Shown: positions 1-12,750, counted from the stretch's first letter. The stretch: DNA of 64,000 nucleotides from Escherichia coli (GCF_003334765.1 NZ_QOWT01000005.1); one strand, 5' to 3'. Notes: generated from the letters alone by a model not told the origin. Made by a program: numbers and translations.

Positions 1-48
1 GGCTTTCTCACGCCAGTCCGGGCGCTCGGTAATACTGACTCTTTCCAT
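1..48 (-). CDS. ygiC: N-terminal fragment (16 codons) of YgiC, glutathionylspermidine-synthase-like protein; gene continues beyond window edge
   Basis: Reverse complement of 1-48 reads ATG GAA AGA GTC AGT ATT ACC GAG CGC CCG GAC TGG (MERVSITERPDW), immediately downstream of ygiB on the minus strand; matches remembered tolC-ygiBC operon order. Confidence 0.5.
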   Translation of the reverse strand, partial: MERVSITERPDWREKA

Positions 49-53
49 CGGTA

Positions 54-725
54 TCAGCCACCCATTGAACGAGAAGAGGTACCGGTTGCACTACGCTGCA
101 TAGTGCTTTGTTTGGCAACAGATTCACCAAAACCGCCACGGGTAACGGTAGTGGTGGTCGCCGGTTTTGGTGCCATTGCCGTCTTCGGTACGGTCATGGT
201 GCGGCCTGGCTGGGCTGCGCCATAGTTTTTACCCGTCGCGTCGGTATATTTACCGTAAGCCGGACTGGCTGGGTTTTTCGAGGAGAACAGCGGCTGCTGT
301 GCAAATCCCGCGCCGCCGCCCATCAGACGCCCCATCATGTAACCGGCCATCAGCGGCATCCAGAAACTCCCGCTGGATTGCTGGGCCTGCGCCTGGTTTT
401 CTGGTGCCATGCCAGCCTGGGCTGGTGCCTGCTGGCACTGACCTTCACCAAATTCAGCAACACAGTCTTCACGGGTGGCGTATTTCGGCGCAGTACGTTC
501 GGCTTCTTTCAGCGCATTGTTGTACGCGGTGGTACATTCGGCGCTTTTGCCTGGGTTTGCAGCTGAACAGTCGTCAGCATTTTGATAGAGAGACACTGTT
601 TCATCACTCTTTTCACAGCCAGCCAGCATAAAAACAGTGGCAACCGCGAGAGCGACTGGTGTCAGATGGCGTGCGCTCCAGTTTTTGCGGAACGATGCGT
701 GGCGTATGGATTTTGTCCGTTTCAT
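54..725 (-). CDS. ygiB: YgiB, DUF1190 lipoprotein-like protein (223 aa)
   Basis: ORF 54-758 minus; internal Met giving [12 protein letters not shown]... with hydrophobic segment and Cys (lipobox-like LAGC); position downstream of tolC. Confidence 0.8.
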
Positions 726-846
726 TTTTGTCTTCCGGGACCAGTGGTAAATACCCATCAGAATAGAGGATGGCTGGTCGAAATTGAAGCGAGAAGGGGG
801 AAGAATGCGGCAGATAACCCGTATCTTTACGTTGCCTTACGTTCAG

Positions 847-864
847 ACGGGGCCGAAGCCCCGT
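847..864 (-). terminator. GC hairpin (ACGGGGC-cgaa-GCCCCGT) immediately after tolC stop; possible intra-operon attenuator
   Basis: Perfect 7-bp inverted repeat read directly; no strong U-tract so not a classic intrinsic terminator. Confidence 0.35.
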
Positions 865-872
865 CGTCGTCA

Positions 873-2354
873 TCAGTTACGGAAAGGGTTATGACCGTTA
901 CTGGTGGTAGTGCGTGCGGATGTTTGCTGAACGACGGGGGCCGGGCTATCAGGCGCATAACCATCAGCAATAGCATTCTGTTCCGGCGTTTGCGGGGCAA
1001 CGTTTTCCGGATTAGTGGAAACCGGTTTGCTCAGCGCATTGTTCAGTGCCAGCAGATCCTGCTCGTTCAACGTACCCAGGGCTGACTTAATATTCAGCTG
1101 ATTAATCAGGTAGTTATAACGCGCATTCGCCAGCTCTTGCTTGGCGTTGTACAACGTGGTGGTCGCATCCAACACATCAACAATGGTACGCGTACCGACC
1201 GAGTAGCCCGCTTCCATCGCGTCTAATGAGCTTTGAGCGGAAACTACGGCTTGTTTGTAGGCGTTAATGCTACTGATAGATGCATTAATGTTGTTGAAGG
1301 AGGAACGCACGGTCTGCACGACGCTACGATGGGCACTTTCCAGTTGCTCGCTGGCACCGACAAAGTTGTACTGTGCCTGTTTCACCTGCGAGTTAACCAT
1401 TCCGCCCTGATAAATCGGCAGCGAGAAGCTCAGGCCAACTTTGTTCTGGCCCATATTGCTATCGTCATACTGGGTACCAGCGGCACCACGGGTTTTCGAA
1501 CCGCTATAAGAGGTGTCAGAAATCCCGGTAGAAGCCGTTAAATCCAGAGTCGGTAAGTGACCATCCTGCGCCTGGCGAATTTGCTCGCGCGCCAGGTCCT
1601 GGCTCAAGCGTGCCTGTAACAGCGACAGGTTGCGTTTTTCGGCTTCTTTCAGCAGCGCGTTAACCGGCTGTGGTTTGTCGGTTTTAAAGTTTTCGACATT
1701 CAGCGCAGCCAGTTCCGGATAGTAGTTACCGGTGATCTGGCGCAGCTGCTCTACCGCGTTATCAAGGTTATTACGTGCGGTCACTTCGTTCGCCAGCACG
1801 GTATCGTACTGTGCGCGGGCGTTCTGCACGTCGGTGATCGCTACCAGGCCCACGTTAAAACGTTGGGTGGTTTGATCTAATTGACGGTAGATCGCTTCTT
1901 TTTGTGCCTGTGTATAGGAAAGAACGTCAATAGCATTCAACACGTTGAAATAAGCGGTCGCGGTGTTGAGGATCAAGGTTTGCTGATCGGTCTGATACGT
2001 GACGTCCTGAATCCCTGCTGCTTTTTCCTGCAGCGTTAACGCACGCCATTTCGACATATCAAAAATGGATTGAGTTAACTGCAAGGACGCACTGGTCGCG
2101 TTAGAGTTGATGCCGTTCGCGTCGCGGTAGCCGTTGCTATAGGTGTAATCTGCACCTAAACCTAGCTGTGGCAGTAATGGACTGCGCGCTTCATTAATTT
2201 TTTCAAAGGCAGCATCACGATCGGCGGCAGACTTACGCAATTCCGGGTTACTAAGGCGTGCTTGCTGATAAACTTGCATCAGGTTCTCGGCCTGGCTCAA
2301 CGAACTGAACCCAGAAAGGCTCAGGCCGATAAGAATGGGGAGCAATTTCTTCAT
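873..2354 (-). CDS. tolC: Outer membrane efflux channel TolC (493 aa)
   Basis: ORF 873-2393 minus; translation MKKLLPILIGLSLSGFSSLSQAENLMQVYQQARLSNPELRKS... is recognisably TolC; start chosen at MKKLL (ATG at 2354). Confidence 0.95.
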   Translation of the reverse strand: MKKLLPILIGLSLSGFSSLSQAENLMQVYQQARLSNPELRKSAADRDAAFEKINEARSPLLPQLGLGADYTYSNGYRDANGINSNATSASLQLTQSIFDMSKWRALTLQEKAAGIQDVTYQTDQQTLILNTATAYFNVLNAIDVLSYTQAQKEAIYRQLDQTTQRFNVGLVAITDVQNARAQYDTVLANEVTARNNLDNAVEQLRQITGNYYPELAALNVENFKTDKPQPVNALLKEAEKRNLSLLQARLSQDLAREQIRQAQDGHLPTLDLTASTGISDTSYSGSKTRGAAGTQYDDSNMGQNKVGLSFSLPIYQGGMVNSQVKQAQYNFVGASEQLESAHRSVVQTVRSSFNNINASISSINAYKQAVVSAQSSLDAMEAGYSVGTRTIVDVLDATTTLYNAKQELANARYNYLINQLNIKSALGTLNEQDLLALNNALSKPVSTNPENVAPQTPEQNAIADGYAPDSPAPVVQQTSARTTTSNGHNPFRN

Positions 2355-2558
2355 TTGCATTCCTTGTGGTGAAGCAGTATTTAGCGCGATCAAACTGTAA
2401 AATTATTGCGGATTCTAGCAGAAGCCGCTACCGCAAAAGGTTGGCGTTACGTGCCATAGGGCGTTAATGTGCCTCAATTTAACACATGACTGCTCAAACG
2501 GCAGTCAAACGTCGCTGAAATTCACATTTAATTCACTATTAGTGCCAGGACATTAACA

Positions 2559-3188
2559 ATGCTTAAGCCAGACAGCCTGCCCGTTACATTTGGCAAAAAC
2601 GATGTAGAAATTATTGCACGAGAAACACTTTATCGCGGCTTTTTTTCATTAGATCTTTATAGATTTCGTCATCGTTTATTCAACGGGCAAATGAGTCATG
2701 AGGTACGGCGGGAAATTTTTGAGCGCGGTCACGCCGCAGTCTTGCTACCCTTTGACCCAGTGCGTGATGAAGTTGTGCTGATTGAGCAGATTCGGATTGC
2801 CGCATACGACACCAGTGAAACCCCCTGGCTACTGGAGATGGTTGCCGGGATGATTGAAGAGGGTGAAAGTGTGGAAGATGTTGCCCGTCGCGAAGCGATT
2901 GAAGAGGCGGGACTGATAGTCAAACGGACCAAACCGGTGTTAAGTTTCCTGGCAAGCCCGGGAGGCACCAGTGAGCGTTCGTCAATTATGGTGGGCGAAG
3001 TGGACGCCACGACCGCAAGCGGTATTCATGGTCTGGCTGATGAAAACGAAGATATTCGCGTTCATGTGGTAAGCCGGGAACAGGCATACCAGTGGGTAGA
3101 AGAGGGGAAAATCGACAACGCAGCGTCGGTCATCGCTTTGCAATGGCTGCAGCTGCATCATCAAGCGTTAAAAAATGAGTGGGCATAA
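2559..3188 (+). CDS. nudF: ADP-ribose pyrophosphatase (Nudix hydrolase)
   Basis: 209 aa ORF divergent from tolC; Nudix-box-like [23 protein letters not shown]; conserved neighbourhood nudF-yqiB-cpdA-yqiA-parE. Confidence 0.9.
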
Positions 3189-3611
3189 ATGAAGCGTTAC
3201 ACACCTGACTTTCCTGAAATGATGCGCCTGTGCGAGATGAACTTTTCACAATTGCGCCGTTTGTTACCGCGCAATGACGCACCCGGCGAAACTGTAAGCT
3301 ATCAGGTGGCAAACGCACAATATCGGCTGACGATTGTGGAATCGACCCGATACACTACCCTGGTGACAATAGAACAGACTGCGCCCGCGATCAGTTACTG
3401 GAGCCTTCCGTCAATGACGGTGCGTCTGTATCATGACGCGATGGTGGCTGAAGTGTGTTCAAGCCAGCAGATTTTTCGCTTCAAAGCGCGGTATGATTAT
3501 CCTAATAAAAAGTTGCATCAACGCGACGAAAAGCATCAAATTAACCAGTTTTTAGCGGACTGGTTGCGATACTGTTTAGCACATGGAGCGATGGCGATTC
3601 CGGTTTACTAG
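3189..3611 (+). CDS. yqiB: DUF1249 protein YqiB
   Basis: 140 aa ORF starting at the base after the nudF stop; conserved position. Confidence 0.8.
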
Positions 3612-3635
3612 CGTCGTGAAACCTAAGGACACCAT

Positions 3636-4463
3636 TTGGAAAGCCTGTTAACCCTTCCTCTGGCTGGTGAGGCCAGAGTCAGGATTTTACAAATTACCGA
3701 TACTCACCTGTTTGCACAAAAGCACGAAGCCCTGTTAGGGGTAAACACCTGGGAAAGCTACCAGGCGGTGCTGGAGGCGATTCGTCCACACCAGCACGAA
3801 TTCGACCTGATTGTCGCGACAGGTGATTTAGCGCAGGATCAATCCTCTGCGGCCTATCAGCATTTCGCTGAAGGCATCGCAAGTTTTCGTGCGCCCTGCG
3901 TCTGGCTGCCTGGCAACCACGATTTCCAGCCCGCGATGTACAGCGCGTTACAGGATGCGGGTATCTCCCCGGCGAAGCGCGTGTTTATTGGTGAGCAATG
4001 GCAAATCCTGTTGCTGGATAGCCAGGTGTTTGGCGTGCCGCACGGTGAGCTGAGCGAGTTTCAGCTTGAGTGGCTGGAACGTAAACTGGCCGATGCGCCA
4101 GAACGCCATACGTTGCTGCTGCTGCATCATCATCCGCTACCTGCGGGTTGTAGTTGGCTCGATCAACACAGTCTGCGTAACGCGGGCGAACTGGATACCG
4201 TGCTGGCGAAGTTTCCGCACGTCAAATACTTGCTGTGCGGTCATATTCATCAGGAGCTGGATCTCGACTGGAACGGTCGCCGCCTGCTGGCAACGCCGTC
4301 GACCTGTGTGCAGTTTAAGCCGCACTGTTCCAACTTTACGCTGGACACCATCGCGCCCGGCTGGCGTACTCTCGAGTTACATGCTGATGGCACGCTGACC
4401 ACCGAGGTGCATCGCCTGGCGGACACACGTTTCCAACCTGATACCGCTTCAGAAGGCTACTGA
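3636..4463 (+). CDS. cpdA: 3',5'-cAMP phosphodiesterase CpdA (metallophosphoesterase)
   Basis: 275 aa ORF, TTG start with AAGGA Shine-Dalgarno upstream; metallophosphoesterase motifs (GDL, GNHD, GHIH). Confidence 0.9.
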   Translation: MESLLTLPLAGEARVRILQITDTHLFAQKHEALLGVNTWESYQAVLEAIRPHQHEFDLIVATGDLAQDQSSAAYQHFAEGIASFRAPCVWLPGNHDFQPAMYSALQDAGISPAKRVFIGEQWQILLLDSQVFGVPHGELSEFQLEWLERKLADAPERHTLLLLHHHPLPAGCSWLDQHSLRNAGELDTVLAKFPHVKYLLCGHIHQELDLDWNGRRLLATPSTCVQFKPHCSNFTLDTIAPGWRTLELHADGTLTTEVHRLADTRFQPDTASEGY

Positions 4464-5044
4464 TGTCTACGCTTCTTTATTTACACGGTTTCAACAGCTC
4501 GCCGCGCTCTGCAAAAGCGAGCTTGTTAAAAAACTGGCTGGCGGAACATCACCCTGACGTTGAGATGATCATTCCGCAGTTGCCGCCGTATCCTTCCGAC
4601 GCGGCAGAGCTGCTGGAATCCATTGTCCTGGAACATGGCGGCGATTCGCTGGGTATTGTCGGTTCGTCACTGGGGGGATATTACGCCACCTGGTTGTCAC
4701 AATGTTTTATGCTGCCCGCAGTGGTGGTAAACCCGGCGGTGCGCCCGTTTGAACTGCTGACGGACTATCTCGGTCAGAACGAGAACCCCTACACCGGGCA
4801 GCAATATGTGCTAGAGTCACGCCATATTTACGATCTCAAAGTCATGCAGATTGACCCGCTGGAAGCGCCGGATTTGATCTGGCTGCTGCAACAGACGGGA
4901 GATGAAGTGCTGGATTACCGCCAGGCGGTGGCGTACTACGCTTCCTGCCGCCAGACTGTCATAGAAGGCGGCAACCACGCATTCACGGGCTTCGAAGATT
5001 ATTTCAACCCGATCGTCGATTTTCTTGGTCTGCACCATCTCTGA
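4463..5044 (+). CDS. yqiA: Esterase YqiA (alpha/beta hydrolase)
   Basis: 193 aa ORF overlapping the cpdA stop; GSSLGG nucleophile-elbow motif. Confidence 0.85.
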   Translation: MSTLLYLHGFNSSPRSAKASLLKNWLAEHHPDVEMIIPQLPPYPSDAAELLESIVLEHGGDSLGIVGSSLGGYYATWLSQCFMLPAVVVNPAVRPFELLTDYLGQNENPYTGQQYVLESRHIYDLKVMQIDPLEAPDLIWLLQQTGDEVLDYRQAVAYYASCRQTVIEGGNHAFTGFEDYFNPIVDFLGLHHL

Positions 5045-5069
5045 CGATCAACTCGAATTGCTAACTTAA

Positions 5070-6965
<1,896 letters not shown>

Positions 6966-6976
6966 AGGAAAGAACA

Positions 6977-7001
6977 TTGCCCGGTCAGGATGGCCGGGCA
7001 A
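6977..7001. terminator. Bidirectional hairpin between convergent parE and ygiN (TTGCCCGG-9 nt-CCGGGCAA)
   Basis: 8-bp perfect inverted repeat read directly between two convergent stops. Confidence 0.5.
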
Positions 7002-7012
7002 ACAAGGCAGGA

Positions 7013-7327
7013 TTAAATCCCTGGCTGCAGAATACGGATATTCATCTCCAGCACGTCGCCTTTTACGGCTTCGCTGTACGCCTTCATGTGCGGGGTTTGC
7101 AGATGCGCTTCAAGGTGCGCGATGCTTTCCCACTGCTCAATCATCACGATAGAATCCGGTGCCATAGACTGGAAACTCACGCCAGCAGCGCAATCCACCA
7201 TTGGCGCATAGCCGTGGCAACCTTCTTCTTTCAGTACGGTTGGAACGATTTTAGCAAACTGATCCAATACCGCCTGACGGTGATGTTGACCAGGACGAGT
7301 ACGGATTTCTGCGATTACGGTAAGCAT
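7013..7327 (-). CDS. ygiN: Quinol monooxygenase YgiN (ABM domain)
   Basis: 104 aa ORF; recognisable YgiN sequence; adjacent to mdaB. Confidence 0.9.
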   Translation of the reverse strand: MLTVIAEIRTRPGQHHRQAVLDQFAKIVPTVLKEEGCHGYAPMVDCAAGVSFQSMAPDSIVMIEQWESIAHLEAHLQTPHMKAYSEAVKGDVLEMNIRILQPGI

Positions 7328-7357
7328 GGTTAACTCCTTCTAAAGCCTGAGCTCTAG

Positions 7358-7939
7358 TTAACCAAAAATTTCCACAAGATGCTTGCGATATTCTTCAGTA
7401 TAGCGGGGAACATCAGGCATTTTTATCACGTCATTAGCGATAAATGTCGGCAGCGGTTCCATACCGAGGAATTGGTTTGCTTTATGGAACGGCAGATACA
7501 CACCGTCAACGCCAACGCCGTGGAAGAACTGATCTTTTTCGGTGAAGGCTTCCATTGGTGCGTTCCAGGTCAGAGAAAGCATATATTTTTTGCCCTGTAC
7601 CAGGCCGCCGGAACCGTATTTTTTTGACGGATCTTTGCGGGTACGACCATCGCTGGCATACAGCGTCCCGTGACCTTCGGTGAATACATCATCAATGTAT
7701 TTTTTCACTGTCCACGGCGCGCCCATCCACCAGCCTGGCATCTGCCAGATCACCACATCAGCCCAGAGAAAGTTTTGTACTTCCGCTTTGACATCGTAGT
7801 CGCTGTCGGCGCGAACGATGCGAACATCATGCCCGAGGTCGCGCAGTGTGCCATCCGCGACTTCGGTCAGGGTGTCGTTCAGTTGACCATTGGAGTGGGC
7901 GAATTTTTTCGCGCCGTTGATAATCAGGATGTTGCTCAT
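7358..7939 (-). CDS. mdaB: NADPH:quinone oxidoreductase MdaB (flavodoxin-like)
   Basis: 193 aa ORF; recognisable MdaB sequence. Confidence 0.9.
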   Translation of the reverse strand: MSNILIINGAKKFAHSNGQLNDTLTEVADGTLRDLGHDVRIVRADSDYDVKAEVQNFLWADVVIWQMPGWWMGAPWTVKKYIDDVFTEGHGTLYASDGRTRKDPSKKYGSGGLVQGKKYMLSLTWNAPMEAFTEKDQFFHGVGVDGVYLPFHKANQFLGMEPLPTFIANDVIKMPDVPRYTEEYRKHLVEIFG

Positions 7940-8257
7940 TTTTTAACCTCAAAGTGAGACGTTTGCCGACTATAGTACGTCACAGAGCGGTACGGTGAAA
8001 TTAGCAAAATGTGCAAAGTCTTTTGCGAATTTAGCAAAAGTCTGATCTAGCTCTGACTCACCGATGCAGGATAAATATTTTCTGAAAATGACAATACTGA
8101 TAGCCATTCCTCATAATTCTTACTCGCACCGGAATAATTTACACGTTTGGTTCGGTTTTTTTGGGGATTGAAAATATGGCTTTGAATAAGTAAAAGATGA
8201 AAGTATCAACGTGTCATGTTGATAATTATAAATGGATTTTTATGAGCGTACTGATAT

Positions 8258-8590
8258 ATGTTAAAGCAGAAAATTAAAACAATATTTGAAGCATTGCTAT
8301 ATATAATGCTTACTTATTGGTTAATAGATTCTTTTTTTGCTTTCAATAAGTATGACTGGATGCTTGAGTCGGGAGGAAATATTTGCAGTATACCTTCCGT
8401 TTCAGGCGAAGATCGTATATTGCAAGCAATGATTGCAGCATTTTTTCTTCTTACGCCACTTATTATTCTTATCTTAAGAAAACTCTTTATGCGGGAAATG
8501 TTCGAGTTTTGGGTATATGTATTCTCGCTCGGTATTTGTCTGGTTTGTGGTTGGTGGCTTTTTTGGGGACGGTTTATATTTTGCTATTAG
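8258..8590 (+). CDS. ygiZ: Small inner-membrane protein YgiZ
   Basis: 110 aa hydrophobic ORF in a strongly AT-rich stretch between mdaB and qseC; conserved position. Confidence 0.7.
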   Translation: MLKQKIKTIFEALLYIMLTYWLIDSFFAFNKYDWMLESGGNICSIPSVSGEDRILQAMIAAFFLLTPLIILILRKLFMREMFEFWVYVFSLGICLVCGWWLFWGRFIFCY

Positions 8591-8635
8591 TAAAATCTAT
8601 GAGAGTCGTTTTAACGGCTCTCATAGACAGAGAAG

Positions 8636-9985
8636 TTACCAGCTTACCTTCGCCTCAAATCCACCTTGTTCCGCATTCCCAAATTCAACATTCATGCCAT
8701 GCAATTTGGCGATTCGCTGGACAATCGATAGCCCAAGCCCGCTGCCGGTAGCGGTTTGTCCGGGGGGGCGATAGAAGCGTTCGCCAATTCGCGCCAGTGC
8801 CTCTGGCGTCACACCGGGGCCGTTATCCCTCACGATGAAATTATCAGCATTCAGCGTGACGTCTACCACGCTGCCCTGTGGACTGTAGCGCACGGCGTTA
8901 TCCAGCAAATTTCGCACCAACAAACTTAGCAATAGCGGTTGCCCGGTGCGTTTGATGCTGTGGGCATTGAGTGTCAGTCGCACGTCAATTTTCGCCTGCT
9001 GCGCCGTGTGGTAAATATCCATCACCGACGATTGCAGGAGATCTTCAAGCGGGATCTCCGCGACGTCCTGAAGGTTATCCAGTGAGTCCAGCCGCGATAG
9101 CGTGAGCAGTTGATCAACCAGACGAGTAGCGCGATCGATCCCGGAATGTAATTGGAGCAGTGCTTTTTTCCGCGCCTGCGGATCATCGTCAGAGAGCTGC
9201 GCAACTTCGGTTTGCACTTTCAGCGCCGTTAACGGGCTACGAAGTTCGTGAGCTGCGTCGGAGGTAAAGCGTCGTTCACGAACCATCATCGCATGTGTGC
9301 GGGCGAACAGTTGATTTAGCGACTCAACCAGTGGCCGCACTTCGCTGGGTACGCCAGTCGCGTTTAGTGGTTTTTCCGAGTCAGGGTCACGCATACGTAG
9401 TGCCAGCGCCAGTTTGTTCAGCGGCGCGAGTTCACGACCCAGTAGTACCATCATGATGATTAACATAATCGGCAGTGCGACCAGCCACGGGATCAATTGC
9501 CCGGCAACAATCGCCAGCGCCATGTCTTCACGGTATTCCCATTCCTGGCCAACAACGATGCGATATTTGCCATCAGGTGAGGTCATCCAGACAAAACGCC
9601 AAGGATCGTCTTCACCGACCAGTTGCCCGTCAGCAAAACCTTCCCGTTGATAGCTATAGGGAATATCTTCTCCGTTATCGCCATCATTAAGGACCATTCT
9701 GCCGTCGTGGGTAAAGATGGCAAAGGTCAGCGCATCGTCATCAACATGACCGTGTTTTAATCTATTTGGCGTCTGTGCCATGCGATCCGCCGCGTTGATT
9801 TCGTTGAGATCGAGCGTACTTAACCGCTTGGCAAACAGCATCAGTTGGGTGTCGAACAATTCATCGACGTTATCCGTTGTTTGTTTCCAGGCGACAAAGC
9901 TGGAAAGCAGCCAGGTCACCGAGGCCAGAATTAAAAAGATTAGCGTCAGCCTGACGCGCAGACTAAGACGTTGGGTAAATTTCAT
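8636..9985 (-). CDS. qseC: Sensor histidine kinase QseC
   Basis: 449 aa; two N-terminal TM segments, H-box ([14 protein letters not shown]), HATPase motifs; 4-nt overlap with qseB. Confidence 0.9.
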   Translation of the reverse strand: MKFTQRLSLRVRLTLIFLILASVTWLLSSFVAWKQTTDNVDELFDTQLMLFAKRLSTLDLNEINAADRMAQTPNRLKHGHVDDDALTFAIFTHDGRMVLNDGDNGEDIPYSYQREGFADGQLVGEDDPWRFVWMTSPDGKYRIVVGQEWEYREDMALAIVAGQLIPWLVALPIMLIIMMVLLGRELAPLNKLALALRMRDPDSEKPLNATGVPSEVRPLVESLNQLFARTHAMMVRERRFTSDAAHELRSPLTALKVQTEVAQLSDDDPQARKKALLQLHSGIDRATRLVDQLLTLSRLDSLDNLQDVAEIPLEDLLQSSVMDIYHTAQQAKIDVRLTLNAHSIKRTGQPLLLSLLVRNLLDNAVRYSPQGSVVDVTLNADNFIVRDNGPGVTPEALARIGERFYRPPGQTATGSGLGLSIVQRIAKLHGMNVEFGNAEQGGFEAKVSW

Positions 9986-10641
9986 TTCTCACCTAATGTG
10001 TAGCCAATACCATGCACGGTACGAATAAAATCACTACCGAGTTTGCGTCGCAGATGATGCACATGCACTTCAACGGCATTACTGGTGACCTCTTCGTCCC
10101 AGGTATACAGTTTCTCTTCAATCAGTTTGCGCGGCAGTACTCGACCAGCGTTACGCATCAGTAATTCCAGCAGGGCAAATTCTTTTGGTTTCAGTGTTAA
10201 GGGTTCGCCAGCCAGCGTGGCGATACGTTTGCCGGGGTCGAGCATGACGTTACCGTGGCGCAGCTCGTTGCTGGCCTGGCCGTTGGTTCGGCGCATCAGA
10301 GCTTCCAGCCTGGCGGCGACTTCTATCAACGCAAAAGGTTTACACAGATAATCGTCAGCTCCCAGACGCAGCCCTTCTACACGTTCCGCCAGCGCATCGC
10401 GCGCGGTCAGGATCAGTACCGGCTCACGCTGACCTTTTTCTCGCCATTCGCGCAAAATATCGCGACCATCCATGCCTGGTAAGGTTAAATCCAGGATCAC
10501 CGCATCATAAGGTGCGCTATAAAGCGCCTCTTTTCCCTGACGACCTTGTGTAAACCAGTCGACGCTAAAACCCATTTTACTAAGGCCCGTTTTGATGCCG
10601 TCGCCAATCAGCATGTCATCTTCTATCAGTAAAATTCGCAT
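9982..10641 (-). CDS. qseB: OmpR-family response regulator QseB
   Basis: 219 aa; receiver domain (MRILLIEDD...[10 protein letters not shown]) plus winged-helix output domain. Confidence 0.9.
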   Translation of the reverse strand: MRILLIEDDMLIGDGIKTGLSKMGFSVDWFTQGRQGKEALYSAPYDAVILDLTLPGMDGRDILREWREKGQREPVLILTARDALAERVEGLRLGADDYLCKPFALIEVAARLEALMRRTNGQASNELRHGNVMLDPGKRIATLAGEPLTLKPKEFALLELLMRNAGRVLPRKLIEEKLYTWDEEVTSNAVEVHVHHLRRKLGSDFIRTVHGIGYTLGEK

Positions 10642-10792
10642 TTTTTCATCCCTGCGATAACCGTATTTGCTGCCAGTAAACCGTGTTGTAACGCGCTCTG
10701 TACAGCACTAAATTTTATTTTTTTCCCTTAAGAAGTTGTTAAGGACTATCTTGTTAAATGCTCGGAAACAGACATTAAAGGGAGTAATAAAC

Positions 10793-11185
10793 ATGAAAAA
10801 ATTCGCAGCAGTAATCGCAGTAATGGCCCTGTGCAGCGCACCGGTGATGGCAGCAGAGCAGGGCGGTTTTTCTGGCCCATCGGCAACGCAAAGTCAGGCC
10901 GGAGGATTCCAGGGGCCGAACGGCAGCGTAACGACTGTAGAAAGCGCAAAATCCCTGCGTGACGACAGCTGGGTAACCCTGCGCGGCAATATCGTTGAAC
11001 GCATCTCTGACGATCTCTACGTGTTCAAAGATGCCAGCGGTACTATCAATGTTGATATCGACCACAAACGCTGGAACGGCGTGACGGTGACGCCGAAAGA
11101 TACGGTTGAGATTCAGGGTGAAGTCGATAAAGACTGGAATTCTGTTGAAATTGACGTCAAACAGATCCGCAAAGTAAATCCGTAA
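10793..11185 (+). CDS. ygiW: Periplasmic OB-fold (BOF family) stress protein YgiW/VisP
   Basis: 130 aa from ATG at 10793 with AAAGGGAG Shine-Dalgarno; signal peptide MKKFAAVIAVMALCSAPVMA; divergent from qseBC. Confidence 0.85.
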   Translation: MKKFAAVIAVMALCSAPVMAAEQGGFSGPSATQSQAGGFQGPNGSVTTVESAKSLRDDSWVTLRGNIVERISDDLYVFKDASGTINVDIDHKRWNGVTVTPKDTVEIQGEVDKDWNSVEIDVKQIRKVNP

Positions 11186-11195
11186 TTGTTACCGC

Positions 11196-11222
11196 TCCCG
11201 GGACGCGTTCCCGGGAATAATT
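11196..11222 (+). terminator. Hairpin after ygiW (TCCCGGGA-cgcgt-TCCCGGGA)
   Basis: Inverted repeat read directly; weak downstream T-tract. Confidence 0.4.
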
Positions 11223-11237
11223 TCGCAGAGAGGCAAA

Positions 11238-11720
11238 ATGACAAACCTGACACTGGATGTAAACATTATCGATTTCCCATCAATACCTGTGGCGATGTTG
11301 CCGCACCGCTGTAGCCCTGAATTGCTCAACTACAGCGTGGCGAAATTTATCATGTGGCGTAAAGAAACGGGGCTTTCTCCTGTTAACCAAAGCCAGACTT
11401 TTGGCGTCGCCTGGGACGACCCTGCCACCACCGCACCGGAAGCGTTTCGCTTTGATATCTGCGGCAGCGTTAGCGAACCGATTCCCGATAATCGTTATGG
11501 TGTGAGCAATGGTGAACTTACCGGTGGACGTTATGCCGTGGCCCGCCACGTTGGCGAGCTGGACGATATTTCACACACGGTATGGGGCATCATTCGCCAC
11601 TGGCTGCCTGCAAGCGGCGAGAAAATGCGTAAAGCACCGATTCTGTTTCACTACACCAATCTTGCCGAAGGGGTGACAGAGCAGCGACTGGAAACGGATG
11701 TTTATGTGCCGTTGGCGTGA
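11238..11720 (+). CDS. ygiV: GyrI-like (AraC effector-binding-domain-like) protein YgiV
   Basis: 160 aa ORF; conserved position between ygiW and mqsR. Confidence 0.8.
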   Translation: MTNLTLDVNIIDFPSIPVAMLPHRCSPELLNYSVAKFIMWRKETGLSPVNQSQTFGVAWDDPATTAPEAFRFDICGSVSEPIPDNRYGVSNGELTGGRYAVARHVGELDDISHTVWGIIRHWLPASGEKMRKAPILFHYTNLAEGVTEQRLETDVYVPLA

Positions 11721-11849
11721 TGCCTGACTCCAGCTTCCCTTATAAATTCCTGCTTCAAACTGGCGCTACTAATGCGCCACTTTCTTATATGGTCAATCAC
11801 TTTCCTTAAAGAATACGTTTTGTGTGGTCACTATCTCCGTACATCTAAC

Positions 11850-11863
11850 TAACCTTTTAGGTG
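11850..11863 (+). promoter_or_regulatory. MqsA operator palindrome 1 (ACCT-TTT-AGGT core)
   Basis: Palindrome read directly about 65 bp upstream of the mqsR ATG; matches the remembered MqsA recognition palindrome. Confidence 0.6.
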
Positions 11864-11881
11864 CTTTTTCATTGCTGTAAT

Positions 11882-11896
11882 TAACCTTTTAGGTTA
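11882..11896 (+). promoter_or_regulatory. MqsA operator palindrome 2 (TAACCTTTTAGGTTA)
   Basis: Perfect palindrome read directly about 30 bp upstream of the mqsR ATG. Confidence 0.65.
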
Positions 11897-11924
11897 TAAC
11901 TAAAGTAACAGGGAGGCGGGGGTT

Positions 11925-12221
11925 ATGGAAAAACGCACACCACATACACGTTTGAGTCAGGTTAAAAAACTTGTCAATGCCGGGCAAGTTCGTACAACAC
12001 GTAGTGCACTGTTAAATGCAGATGAGTTAGGTTTGGATTTTGATGGTATGTGTAATGTTATCATTGGATTATCAGAGAGCGACTTTTATAAAAGCATGAC
12101 CACCTACTCTGATCATACTATCTGGCAGGATGTTTACAGACCCAGGCTTGTTACAGGCCAGGTTTATCTTAAAATTACGGTAATTCATGACGTACTGATC
12201 GTCTCGTTTAAGGAGAAGTAA
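11925..12221 (+). CDS. mqsR: Type II toxin MqsR (mRNA interferase)
   Basis: 98 aa; recognisable MqsR sequence; immediately followed by mqsA. Confidence 0.9.
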   Translation: MEKRTPHTRLSQVKKLVNAGQVRTTRSALLNADELGLDFDGMCNVIIGLSESDFYKSMTTYSDHTIWQDVYRPRLVTGQVYLKITVIHDVLIVSFKEK

Positions 12222-12222
12222 T

Positions 12223-12618
12223 ATGAAATGTCCGGTTTGCCACCAGGGAGAAATGGTTTCTGGCATTAAAGATATTCCATACACCTTCCGTGGACGAAAA
12301 ACAGTATTGAAAGGTATCCACGGTTTATATTGTGTCCATTGCGAAGAGAGCATCATGAATAAAGAAGAGTCAGATGCTTTCATGGCGCAAGTAAAGGCAT
12401 TTCGGGCTTCGGTGAATGCCGAAACAGTGGCACCTGAATTTATAGTGAAGGTTCGAAAAAAGCTCTCTCTTACCCAAAAAGAGGCAAGCGAAATTTTTGG
12501 GGGAGGTGTAAATGCGTTTTCGCGTTACGAAAAAGGCAATGCCCAACCTCATCCTTCCACAATCAAACTTTTACGTGTTCTGGATAAGCATCCAGAACTA
12601 TTGAATGAAATCCGTTAA
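12223..12618 (+). CDS. mqsA: Antitoxin and transcriptional regulator MqsA (zinc-ribbon plus HTH)
   Basis: 131 aa; N-terminal CxxC...CxxC zinc ribbon (CPVCHQ...CVHCEE) and C-terminal HTH; starts 1 nt after the mqsR stop. Confidence 0.9.
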   Translation: MKCPVCHQGEMVSGIKDIPYTFRGRKTVLKGIHGLYCVHCEESIMNKEESDAFMAQVKAFRASVNAETVAPEFIVKVRKKLSLTQKEASEIFGGGVNAFSRYEKGNAQPHPSTIKLLRVLDKHPELLNEIR

Positions 12619-12750
12619 TTAATGGAAAAGCGGGGGCAACTCGCTTTTTTCTTTACCGGAGTGTGAGCCAAATCACTCGCGATAAGTTTGAGCGAACAAT
12701 GCCACAGGCGTATTGTTGTTGGGCTTATAATTTCTCCGGTAAGGAATACC

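Noticed and set aside
613-873. 86 aa minus-strand ORF between tolC and ygiB (possibly the old 'ygiA' annotation)
   Set aside because: It overlaps the 5' end of ygiB in another frame, has low-complexity composition and no recognisable motif; more likely a spurious ORF than a gene.
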